Part shown: positions 22,953 to 29,784 of the stretch, piece by piece
Layout of the letters: the number at the start of each line of letters is the position of its first letter
Position numbering within the stretch: position 1 is the first letter of the stretch
NCBI RefSeq assembly: GCF_017876815.1
Contig: NZ_JAGIOS010000003.1
Location: 780,001-812,000, forward strand
From: Sinorhizobium meliloti
GTDB lineage: Bacteria > Pseudomonadota > Alphaproteobacteria > Rhizobiales > Rhizobiaceae
Direction of reading: 5' to 3'
DNA length: 32,000 nucleotides
Program-made: the position numbers and the translations under genes
The notes under the pieces: generated by a model
Told to the model about the DNA's origin: nothing
What the model saw: the letters and a program-made list of their open reading frames with translations, nothing else
The model's database searches: none

Positions 22953-23070
22953 CTGGTTTCGTCGCGGGAAGTCGATTTGGATCCTGCGAATTCGGGGCCG
23001 ACAGTTCCTGTCGACATGGCCTTTATCAACCAAAAACAGCATAACCTCGATAGCCGAGGAATCTGATCGT

Positions 23071-23214
23071 ATGGGGAAGTCAACCTTCGCGGAGCTTGAA
23101 GAGCTTAAAACCGTTCACAGCAAGAGCGATATCAGCGCCCTCAAGGTCCGGCTTCGCGAACTCAATATCGAAATCGTTGATCTGGAAAATCAGGCCGATC
23201 CGGCAACAAGATAA
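23071..23214 (+). CDS. Possible 47-aa coiled-coil ORF (MGKSTFAELEELKTVHSKSDISALKVRLRELNIEIVDLENQADPATR)
   Basis: Below the track cutoff. GAGGAA lies 9 nt upstream of the ATG. It sits in the lower-GC island. No family recognised. Confidence 0.3.
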   Translation: MGKSTFAELEELKTVHSKSDISALKVRLRELNIEIVDLENQADPATR

Positions 23215-23281
23215 TCTTGACAACGACAGCATATTTACTGTGCTGGCGAACTGCATTCGCTAGGCCAGGAAGAGGGGGCAA

Positions 23282-23491
23282 GTGATTTTGGACACGCACA
23301 ATCCTAACCTGGCGGTTGGGGCGGTTGCCGAGCAGGTACTTTACGTGACTTTGGACAAAGCGGCTGGCTACAAGTTTACTTATGAATCCGGGTCTATCGA
23401 AAATCCGCGTATCAATGACGCTATCGTGAAGATTCTTGAGGGTTCAAAGCCGGCGTTTGTGCAACGCCGCCTTGCGTACCAGATTAAATAG
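23282..23491 (+). CDS. Hypothetical 69-aa protein (GTG start)
   Basis: GAGGGGG lies 4-5 nt upstream of the GTG. Lower-GC codon usage like its neighbours. A weak hairpin CCGCA-GAT-TGCGG lies at 23525-23537 downstream. Confidence 0.4.
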   Translation: MILDTHNPNLAVGAVAEQVLYVTLDKAAGYKFTYESGSIENPRINDAIVKILEGSKPAFVQRRLAYQIK

Positions 23492-23571
23492 CTCTCCGCT
23501 TGAATCATGCTGTCGTGGCCGAGTCCGCAGATTGCGGTCTTTGCGCCATCCCAAGCGGTTTGCGGTCACCG

Positions 23572-24603
23572 CTAGCGGCGCGGACGACGTTCTTTGCTGA
23601 TGGGGCTATTCAACAAGCGTTGCACTTCCGCCTCGACGCGGTTGAGCGAAAGCCCTGCCACGCCAAACCTCTCATAGAGCGACGTCAACAACGGGAGCAT
23701 GCATTCGGCCAATCGGCTCTCGATATCGTTGGCAGAAAAGTTTGCCTCCAGCACGGCTTCATCGCTTCGTGCCGCATGACCTTCGACAAGCAGATCACTC
23801 AGCGGGTTAGCCCAGGAGCGCAACACGCGACCGCGCAGGCCCGTGAACATGACGCGGAAATGAACCGTCACGGCTGTATCGGCATCTTTGCGAAGGAGCG
23901 ACGCAAGCTTTTCCGCGTGCAACAGAACCTCACCCATCCGCCATAGGGGAAGCGTCGTGTCGAGGATCGTTCCGGCGGGGAACGTCTCCGCACCATCTTC
24001 CTGATAACCGCGGATCAGGAACATGCGCCCCGAAGGGGCCGCACGCCAGAAATCGCAATGCGCAGGATCATTGAACCCGCGCTCGACTTCCTCGCCTTGC
24101 GGAGCAAGCCAACATTCAATCAGTCCATCAACTTCACGCGGCTGAATAGCCTCGCGTGTCGGAAGCCAGAACGGCGGCCAGCCCGTTTTCCGAACTACGG
24201 CCTTTTCAAGAATGCGTTCAAAGGCGGTCAGCTCCGACATCTTGAGATCGCCCTCAAGCCAGTAGTCGAACCGATACCAGCCATTTGGAAACCGCGCAGG
24301 CGAATCCTGGGGGAGCGGAGCAACCAGATTACGCCAACGCTCAAATGCATCGCGCACGAACCGGGCTTGCGTGTCCCCCTCGGTAGGCTCATCCACCAAA
24401 CCAACGACGCGCAGGATGTCGAGGGCTTTCGCCAGTGTCAGGGTCGTTTCACCACGCTCGAACGCAGCCATTGTCGGATGGCTGACACCCGCCAAAGCCG
24501 AATGATGTTTTTGTGTAAGACCTTCCGCCTTGCGACGGCGCAAGGTTTCTTCCACGTACCGTTGCCACGCAAGCGGAGCTATGTTTCCAGTATTCTCAGG
24601 CAT
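23572..24603 (-). CDS. XRE-family HTH protein with an uncharacterised C-terminal domain of about 270 aa, 343 aa; putative partner (antitoxin/sensor) of the upstream HipA-like kinase
   Basis: Residues 25-75 or so, LTQKHHSALAGVSHPTMAAFERGETTLTLAKALDILRVVGL, are a Cro/C1-type HTH. The remainder (WYRFDYWLEGDL..., GWPPFWLPTREA..., CDFWRAAPSGRMFLIRGYQEDG...) is unassignable by me. The ATG at 24601-24603 lies 25 nt inside the hipA 3' end. Confidence 0.7.
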   Translation of the reverse strand: MPENTGNIAPLAWQRYVEETLRRRKAEGLTQKHHSALAGVSHPTMAAFERGETTLTLAKALDILRVVGLVDEPTEGDTQARFVRDAFERWRNLVAPLPQDSPARFPNGWYRFDYWLEGDLKMSELTAFERILEKAVVRKTGWPPFWLPTREAIQPREVDGLIECWLAPQGEEVERGFNDPAHCDFWRAAPSGRMFLIRGYQEDGAETFPAGTILDTTLPLWRMGEVLLHAEKLASLLRKDADTAVTVHFRVMFTGLRGRVLRSWANPLSDLLVEGHAARSDEAVLEANFSANDIESRLAECMLPLLTSLYERFGVAGLSLNRVEAEVQRLLNSPISKERRPRR

Positions 24604-25751
24604 GAGTTGTCCACGATCTCCTTGAATCTATGCACGAAGCCATCCGCCGGCTCCGCGTCGGGCGGACGGATAATGGATGCAGCCTTCTCCACCTGCCGCT
24701 TTAGCTGTTTGAATGTCTGGTCGATGGCCCTGTCCGGCAGGCCGATCTCCTTGCCGAAGGCGCGGAAAATTGCCTGGTTGGCCGCTTCCAGATGGATTTT
24801 CTCACCGCCGATTGACAGCGCCAATGTTTGGTCGAACCCGTCATAAAATGCGGTGTTCACCACATCGTAGGCGGGGGATAGCCGTAAGCCCGTCGGCGTT
24901 TCCAGAAGGGAGAAGTTTTTCAGGTGGGCATCGCAATTCCCGATCAGGGTGAAGACAATCAGGCGATTGAAAAACCGCAACAGGTCGATTGGCGCGCGCG
25001 ATGAGTGCTGACGAATGATCGCGGCAATATCCTCGTAGGCCGCATCATACTTGCCTGCGTAGTCCTGTCCCTTGGGCTTGCTGAGGATCTGCGCACAGTC
25101 TTCGAGGCGCAGTTTCTCGCCGTTCGGTCTCCGGTCGAAGCGGGTAACAATGAGCGCCGTTTCGTCAACAACCGCGGTGAGCGAGGCCGTGAACCCGGTC
25201 ACTTCCCTTTCGCCAAGGACGGCGGCGGTCCACCGCAGGCTCAGGAGTTCATTTCGAACGAGGTTGTCTATTCGGTCGGAATTGAATTTAGCGATATAGA
25301 GCGCTGATCCCGTCGCACTCGCGGGAACAAACCTGTTTTCATCGTCCTTGGTGACAAGCAGTTTCTTCTGCACACCTGAAACCGTGCGTCCGGGACTGAC
25401 GGTGGCTTCGGTGATTTCCGGGAGCTGTGCGGCATCGTCCGGCGGCCGGATGCTGACGGCCCCGATACAGTCTGCACCGTAACGAAGGAGCAGCCCAAGG
25501 TCGTCTTCTTCGACGATATGTGCCGAACGTGCCTGTTGTTCGCGTAACCATCCTTCCGGGCCGAGGTGCTGGAAAAACGGATGCAGGCCGACCTTCCATT
25601 CATGTTCGCGTTGCGTGGAGGGGAAGCAGCACGCGATATTGCCTTTATTCCAGTCTGAATGATAGGCGAAGCGCGTTCCGCCGTTGGCCGTTTCGACCAA
25701 CGTGCCCGCGGTTTCATCCTTGAACAAAATATTTGCGCTTCTCAGTGCCAT
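24579..25751 (-). CDS. hipA: HipA-family serine/threonine kinase (type II toxin-like), 390 aa
   Basis: Gly-rich loop TVSGVQKKLL, catalytic loop GNCDAHLKNFSLL, Mg-binding loop LSPAYDVVNT. The N-terminal ILFKDETAGTLVE...FAYHSDW is like the HipA coupling domain. Confidence 0.85.
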   Translation of the reverse strand: MALRSANILFKDETAGTLVETANGGTRFAYHSDWNKGNIACCFPSTQREHEWKVGLHPFFQHLGPEGWLREQQARSAHIVEEDDLGLLLRYGADCIGAVSIRPPDDAAQLPEITEATVSPGRTVSGVQKKLLVTKDDENRFVPASATGSALYIAKFNSDRIDNLVRNELLSLRWTAAVLGEREVTGFTASLTAVVDETALIVTRFDRRPNGEKLRLEDCAQILSKPKGQDYAGKYDAAYEDIAAIIRQHSSRAPIDLLRFFNRLIVFTLIGNCDAHLKNFSLLETPTGLRLSPAYDVVNTAFYDGFDQTLALSIGGEKIHLEAANQAIFRAFGKEIGLPDRAIDQTFKQLKRQVEKAASIIRPPDAEPADGFVHRFKEIVDNSCLRILET

Positions 25752-25850
25752 TAAGTTATGCCTTCGCTCTCTACCTCGTACGCGCCCGCTGGGGGGCGCT
25801 TACGAAGCCATACATCCATCATGGTGTGCTGATTTGTAAGAAAATCAAGG

Positions 25851-25951
25851 TATAACTCGATTTCATGCATTTCGCGCCAAACTAACAATCTTTAGCTTTA
25901 TATCCGTCCGATCCGCGCCAGCCACAGCTCGCCTGCGAAACTATAACTCGA
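25851..25951. repeat. Two perfect 10-bp direct repeats TATAACTCGA (25851-25860 and 25942-25951) in the hipA upstream region
   Basis: Read directly, 91 bp apart, both preceded by AA two bases earlier. A GC hairpin GCGCCC-gctggg-GGGCGC at 25782-25799 lies between them and the hipA ATG. Confidence 0.6.
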
Positions 25952-26044
25952 ATCTAGCGTAAAAATCCATTCGCGGAAGGCCGTTTTGTCCGAGGACATC
26001 GATGAACTTCGTCTTCGGCGGGCTGGCTTCCTGTGCCAGCATCG

Positions 26045-26476
26045 TCAGGTTGGCCTGAGACGGGCGAAGAGGGCGAGATTGTAGGCGACCACCGAGGACG
26101 AGACGTAGGTCTCGAAGTGGTGGAGCCCGCGCCAGGTGCAGTGGGCCAGGCCATAGGTCCGCTTCAGGCCGGAAATGCCGGCTTCGATGCCGGCCCGGAA
26201 GTTTCTGAGCTTGCGATACACCCAGCGGCTCCTGACCATATCTTTGATCCGGAGGCGGCCGCTCTTCTTATGGAAGGCCATATCGCGCATACCCCAGGCC
26301 TTGGCCTGGGGTATGTTTTCACGGCTCGCATAGCCGCCGTCGGCGCCCGCCTGCCGCGGCGCCTCGCCATAGAAGGATGTGGCGCTCCAGTAAGGGCAAA
26401 AGCCGCTCGCTGTCGGCCGGAGAATCAGTCCGCTCCTGCCGGTGGTCAGATTGATCTTGCGCTTGAGTTTGACTTG
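26045..26476 (-). mobile_element. 3' remnant of a DDE transposase gene (IS5/IS1182-like), frameshifted
   Basis: The reverse translation gives KINLTTGRSGLIL, then a frame change to PADSERLLPLLERHILL, then a frame change to YGEAPRQAGADGGYASRENIPQAKAWGMRDMAFHKKSGRLRIKDMV...AGIEAGISGLKRTYGLAHCTWRGLHHFETYVSSSVVAYNLALFARL. The DGGY...AFxKK...CxWRG pattern is as I recall for this transposase group. The N-terminal two thirds are missing. Confidence 0.7.
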
Positions 26477-26513
26477 CTAGAATCCGGGGGTTGGGGGTCG
26501 GTGCGTGATGTCC

Positions 26514-26538
26514 GGAACCTCCCCGTCCGTCGTCGGTT
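26514..26538 (+). promoter_or_regulatory. Candidate EcfG/RpoE2-type general stress promoter GGAAC-N17-GTT
   Basis: GGAAC at 26514-26518 and GGTT at 35-38. This equals consensus GGAAC-N16-CGTT with one mismatch (C to G). It ends 27 nt before ATG 26565, leaving room for the AGGAGA SD. Confidence 0.35.
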
Positions 26539-26564
26539 CCTCCTTCCCTAGCAGGAGAAACAAC

Positions 26565-26810
26565 ATGGCGAACGACGAACTGAGCGCCGGCTTCACCGGG
26601 AAGCCGACCGAACCGCCCACGGGTGTCCGAAAGATAGCTAAGGTAGCCAGCGGCGCAGTTGGCCGCGAAGCGAACGCTGTCGTGGTAGGGGCCGCAGATC
26701 ACCCATGCACTGCAACAGGATTGGCGCTCACAGTCGGCGCCATTGCCTTCGCGGTCGGTTATACTATGGGTCGATCGTCAAGCGAAAAGGGCCGAAGTTA
26801 CTGGCGATAG
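26565..26810 (+). CDS. Small tail-anchored membrane protein, 81 aa
   Basis: ATG preceded by AGGAGA at 7 nt (the track ORF starts earlier at 26505). Hydrophilic N-terminal 50 aa, one C-terminal TM (TGLALTVGAIAFAVGYTMG), basic tail. The architecture recalls ElaB/YqjD-like stress proteins, but I cannot assert homology. Confidence 0.55.
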   Translation: MANDELSAGFTGKPTEPPTGVRKIAKVASGAVGREANAVVVGAADHPCTATGLALTVGAIAFAVGYTMGRSSSEKGRSYWR

Positions 26811-26919
26811 AGGCCGCGCAATGCACAAAATCGCGCGCCGGTGGCGCGCTGCTGGTGTAGACGCAAGTTGTGGCGGCGCTTGCCACGCATCCGCCGAAGG
26901 CGACTGGATGCGCAACTCA

Positions 26920-26942
26920 CCCCGCCATGAGCGGGGTTTTTT
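26920..26942 (+). terminator. Rho-independent terminator CCCCGC-catga-GCGGGG-TTTTTT
   Basis: A 6-bp GC stem, a 5-nt loop, and a T6 run, read directly. It lies 110 nt after the stop of the 81-aa gene. Confidence 0.75.
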
Positions 26943-27211
26943 CACAGTTTCAGATCAGTACGCCTTTTAGCTATGCGTTCCGCTCGACCAACTGACCTTC
27001 GGGCCCCTCGTCTTTCCCGCGTCACCTTGGATCTCGTCGTGGTTGGAACGGGTCACTCTTCCGCGCAGTCGGCAACGAGGCAAACAGCATTCACGGGATA
27101 CACCGACATCAGCATGTTTTCCCAGGCAATGGCCGCCCTGGCGGCTTGACAGGCTCGCTCAACGACATTTCAACGGCACCGCCGCTTTTCTACGCCGGAT
27201 GACGACTTAAC

Positions 27212-27225
27212 CTGCGCTGCAGCGC
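27212..27225. promoter_or_regulatory. Perfect 14-bp palindrome TGCGCTGCAGCGCA, candidate enhancer-binding-protein (NtrC-type) site
   Basis: Read directly. It is centred about 115 nt upstream of the sigma54 -24/-12 element. It resembles the NtrC TGCACC-N5-GGTGCA consensus only loosely. Confidence 0.3.
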
Positions 27226-27325
27226 ACAACATTTCATCGTGATTTGCTAATGTTGCTTTTTTGAGCAGGCGCCTGAACCACCCATTACTTATTAGATTCA
27301 AAGGGATATCGTGACCGCCCAAAAC

Positions 27326-27341
27326 TGGCATGGGCCTTGCT
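27326..27341 (+). promoter_or_regulatory. sigma54 (-24/-12) promoter TGGCAT-GGGCC-TTGCT upstream of nrtA
   Basis: GG (27327-28) and GC (27339-40) are separated by exactly 10 nt. It matches TGGCAC-N5-TTGCW at all but one position. The predicted TSS is about 27352, giving a leader of about 170 nt. Confidence 0.6.
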
Positions 27342-27523
27342 TTTTATCATTGCTTTGATCAACGGCGATTGAAGCGAGCTCAGGCGCCGATAGCGCCTGC
27401 CAAAGACACCGACGTCGCAAGGTCCTTGCCTCCATGGGTTTCCTTCCCAACCCAGGAGCGCAATGCCCAAGCGGCGTTTTTTTGTCGGCTTTCGACCGGC
27501 CACCACATTGAGGGAACGTGCGC

Positions 27524-28816
27524 ATGACCAAGACTTTGTTCGGCGGCCTGACCCGCCGCAGCGTGCTGAAGACCACCGCGACGGCCGCCATGGTCGGCGC
27601 AGCGAGAACGCTTTTGCCCTCCGGGGCCTTCGCCCAGGGCGCCGGTCCCGAGACCGCGAAGGCCACCCTCGGCTTCATCGCGCTGACCGATTCAGCCCCG
27701 CTGATCATCGCCAAAGAGAAGGGTTTGTTCGACAAGTACGGCATGACCGAGGTCGAGGTGGTGAAGCAGGCCTCCTGGGGCACGACCCGCGACAATCTGG
27801 TGCTCGGCTCGGCCGGCGCCGGTATCGACGGCGCCCATATCCTGACTCCGATGCCCTATCTCATCTCGACTGGCAAGGTGACGCAGAACAACCAGCCACT
27901 GCCGATGGCGATCCTCGCCCGCCTCAATCTCGACGCGCAGGCGATCTCGGTCGGTGCAGCCTATGCCGATCTGAAGGTCGGCATCGACGCCTCGGTGCTG
28001 AAAGATGCCTTCGCCAAGAAGAAGGCCGGTGGCGAGGCCGCCAAGGTCGCCATGACCTTCCCGGGCGGTACACACGACCTTTGGATCCGCTATTGGCTCG
28101 CCGCCGCCGGCATCGACCCGGACAAGGATGTCGAGACCATCGTCGTCCCGCCGCCGCAGATGGTCGCCAACATGAAGGTCGGCACCATGGACTGTTTCTG
28201 CGTCGGCGAACCCTGGAACGAGCAACTCGTCAACCAGAAGATCGGCTACACCGCTGTCAACACCGCCGAGATCTGGGCCGAGCATCCGGAGAAGTCCTTC
28301 GCCATGCGCGCCGACTGGGTCGAGAAGAACCCGCGCGCCGTCAAGGCGCTGGTCATGGCCATCGAGGAAGCCGCGCAGTGGTGCGACGATATGGCGAACA
28401 AGGACGAACTCGCCAAGATCGTCGGCAAGCGCAGCTGGTTCAACGTGCCGCCAAAGGACATCGTCGATCGGCTGAAAGGTGAATACGACTACGGCAACGG
28501 CAAGATCGTGGAGAACAGCCCCCACTTCATGAAATTCTGGCGCGAACACGCGTCCTACCCGTTCCAGAGCCATGACGCCTGGTTCCTCACCGAGAATATC
28601 CGCTGGGGCAAGCTTGCATCGGATACGGACATCAAGGGGCTGATCGCCAAGGTCAACCGTGAGGACATCTGGCGCGAAGCGGCAAAGGACCTCGGCATCT
28701 CCGACATCCCCGCCTCCACTTCGCGCGGGCCGGAGACCTTCTTCGACGGCAAGGTCTTCGATCCCGCAAATCCCGAAACGTACCTGAAGAGCCTGGCAAT
28801 CAGCCGCATCGCCTGA
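27524..28816 (+). CDS. nrtA: Nitrate/nitrite ABC transporter periplasmic binding protein (NrtA/NMT1 family) with Tat signal, 430 aa
   Basis: I prefer ATG 27524 (GAGGGA 8 nt upstream) over GTG 27518. Twin-arginine LTRRSVLKTTATAAMVGA...AFAQG. NrtA-like TLGFIALTDSAPLIIAKEKGLFDKYGM. Confidence 0.85.
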   Translation: MTKTLFGGLTRRSVLKTTATAAMVGAARTLLPSGAFAQGAGPETAKATLGFIALTDSAPLIIAKEKGLFDKYGMTEVEVVKQASWGTTRDNLVLGSAGAGIDGAHILTPMPYLISTGKVTQNNQPLPMAILARLNLDAQAISVGAAYADLKVGIDASVLKDAFAKKKAGGEAAKVAMTFPGGTHDLWIRYWLAAAGIDPDKDVETIVVPPPQMVANMKVGTMDCFCVGEPWNEQLVNQKIGYTAVNTAEIWAEHPEKSFAMRADWVEKNPRAVKALVMAIEEAAQWCDDMANKDELAKIVGKRSWFNVPPKDIVDRLKGEYDYGNGKIVENSPHFMKFWREHASYPFQSHDAWFLTENIRWGKLASDTDIKGLIAKVNREDIWREAAKDLGISDIPASTSRGPETFFDGKVFDPANPETYLKSLAISRIA

Positions 28817-28877
28817 TGCCGCATCGGCAGCCGGGTCCCTTCCCGGCCGCCTTCGATTAACCCCCTAGGAGAACGGC

Positions 28878-29771
28878 ATGTCCGTCACCAATCTCAAGCT
28901 CAAACCCCAGGCGACTCCGCAGACCTCCGCTCAGGTCATCGCTCTCGGGCAGACGGCGAGCCGCGGCATCGATGGCCGTCTGTCGCGCTTTGTCACCCAG
29001 ACGGTCACCAACCTCTTGCCGCTGCTCGTCACACTGACGTTCTTCACCCTTGCCTGGCAGCTCATCTGCTCGTCGCCTGAATCGAGCCTTCCGGCCCCGT
29101 CGCGTGTCCTCGAGGAAAGCTGGGAACTGATCGCACATCCCTTCTACATCGGTCAGGGTGTCGATCAGGGTCTGTTCTGGCACGTGTTCGCCAGCCTGCA
29201 GCGCGTCGCGCTGGGCTACGCGATGGCTGCGGCGGTCGGCGTCGCGCTTGGGACGCTCGTCGGCCAGAGCGTGCTCGCGATGCGCGGCCTCGATCCGATC
29301 TTCCAGGTGCTTCGCACCGTGCCGCCGCTCGCCTGGCTGCCGCTTTCACTCGCCGCCTTCCAGGATGGCACCCCTTCGGCAATCTTCGTCATCTTCATCA
29401 CGGCGATCTGGCCGATCATCATCAACACCGCGGTCGGCATCCGCAACATTCCGCAGGATTACCAAAACGTCGCCAAGGTGCTGCGACTGAACGGCTTCGA
29501 ATATTTCGGCAAGATCATGCTGCCGGCCGCTGCCCCCTACATCTTCACCGGTCTTAGGATCGGCATCGGTCTCTCCTGGCTGGCGATCGTGGCGGCCGAG
29601 ATGCTGATCGGCGGCGTCGGCATCGGCTTCTTCATCTGGGATGCGTGGAACTCGTCGCTGATCAGCGACATCATCGTGGCCCTCATCTATGTCGGCGTTG
29701 TCGGCTTTCTTCTCGACCGCCTCATCGCACTCATCGGCCGCGCCGTCACCCGCGGCACTGCAAACGCTTAG
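28878..29771 (+). CDS. nrtB: Nitrate ABC transporter permease, 297 aa
   Basis: AGGAGA lies 6 nt upstream. BPD-type permease with the EAA-like loop (NVAKVLRLNGFEYFGKIMLPAAAPYIFTGLRIG). Confidence 0.88.
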   Translation: MSVTNLKLKPQATPQTSAQVIALGQTASRGIDGRLSRFVTQTVTNLLPLLVTLTFFTLAWQLICSSPESSLPAPSRVLEESWELIAHPFYIGQGVDQGLFWHVFASLQRVALGYAMAAAVGVALGTLVGQSVLAMRGLDPIFQVLRTVPPLAWLPLSLAAFQDGTPSAIFVIFITAIWPIIINTAVGIRNIPQDYQNVAKVLRLNGFEYFGKIMLPAAAPYIFTGLRIGIGLSWLAIVAAEMLIGGVGIGFFIWDAWNSSLISDIIVALIYVGVVGFLLDRLIALIGRAVTRGTANA

Positions 29772-29784
29772 AGAGGGAAGCCCG

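Noticed and set aside
26973-27149. A 58-codon plus ORF (MRSARPTDL...AFTGYTDISMFSQAMAALAA) reminiscent of an AraC-family C-terminal helix (GFxDxSxFSRxF).
   Set aside because: The similarity is limited to about 10 residues, there is no SD, and the context is arbitrary. It may be a relic but is not supportable.
27458-27482. The GC-rich segment plus T7 run in the nrtA leader, considered as an intrinsic terminator feature.
   Set aside because: I could not draw a stem longer than 3-4 bp immediately upstream of the T-run. It is kept only as a hypothesis inside the leader finding.
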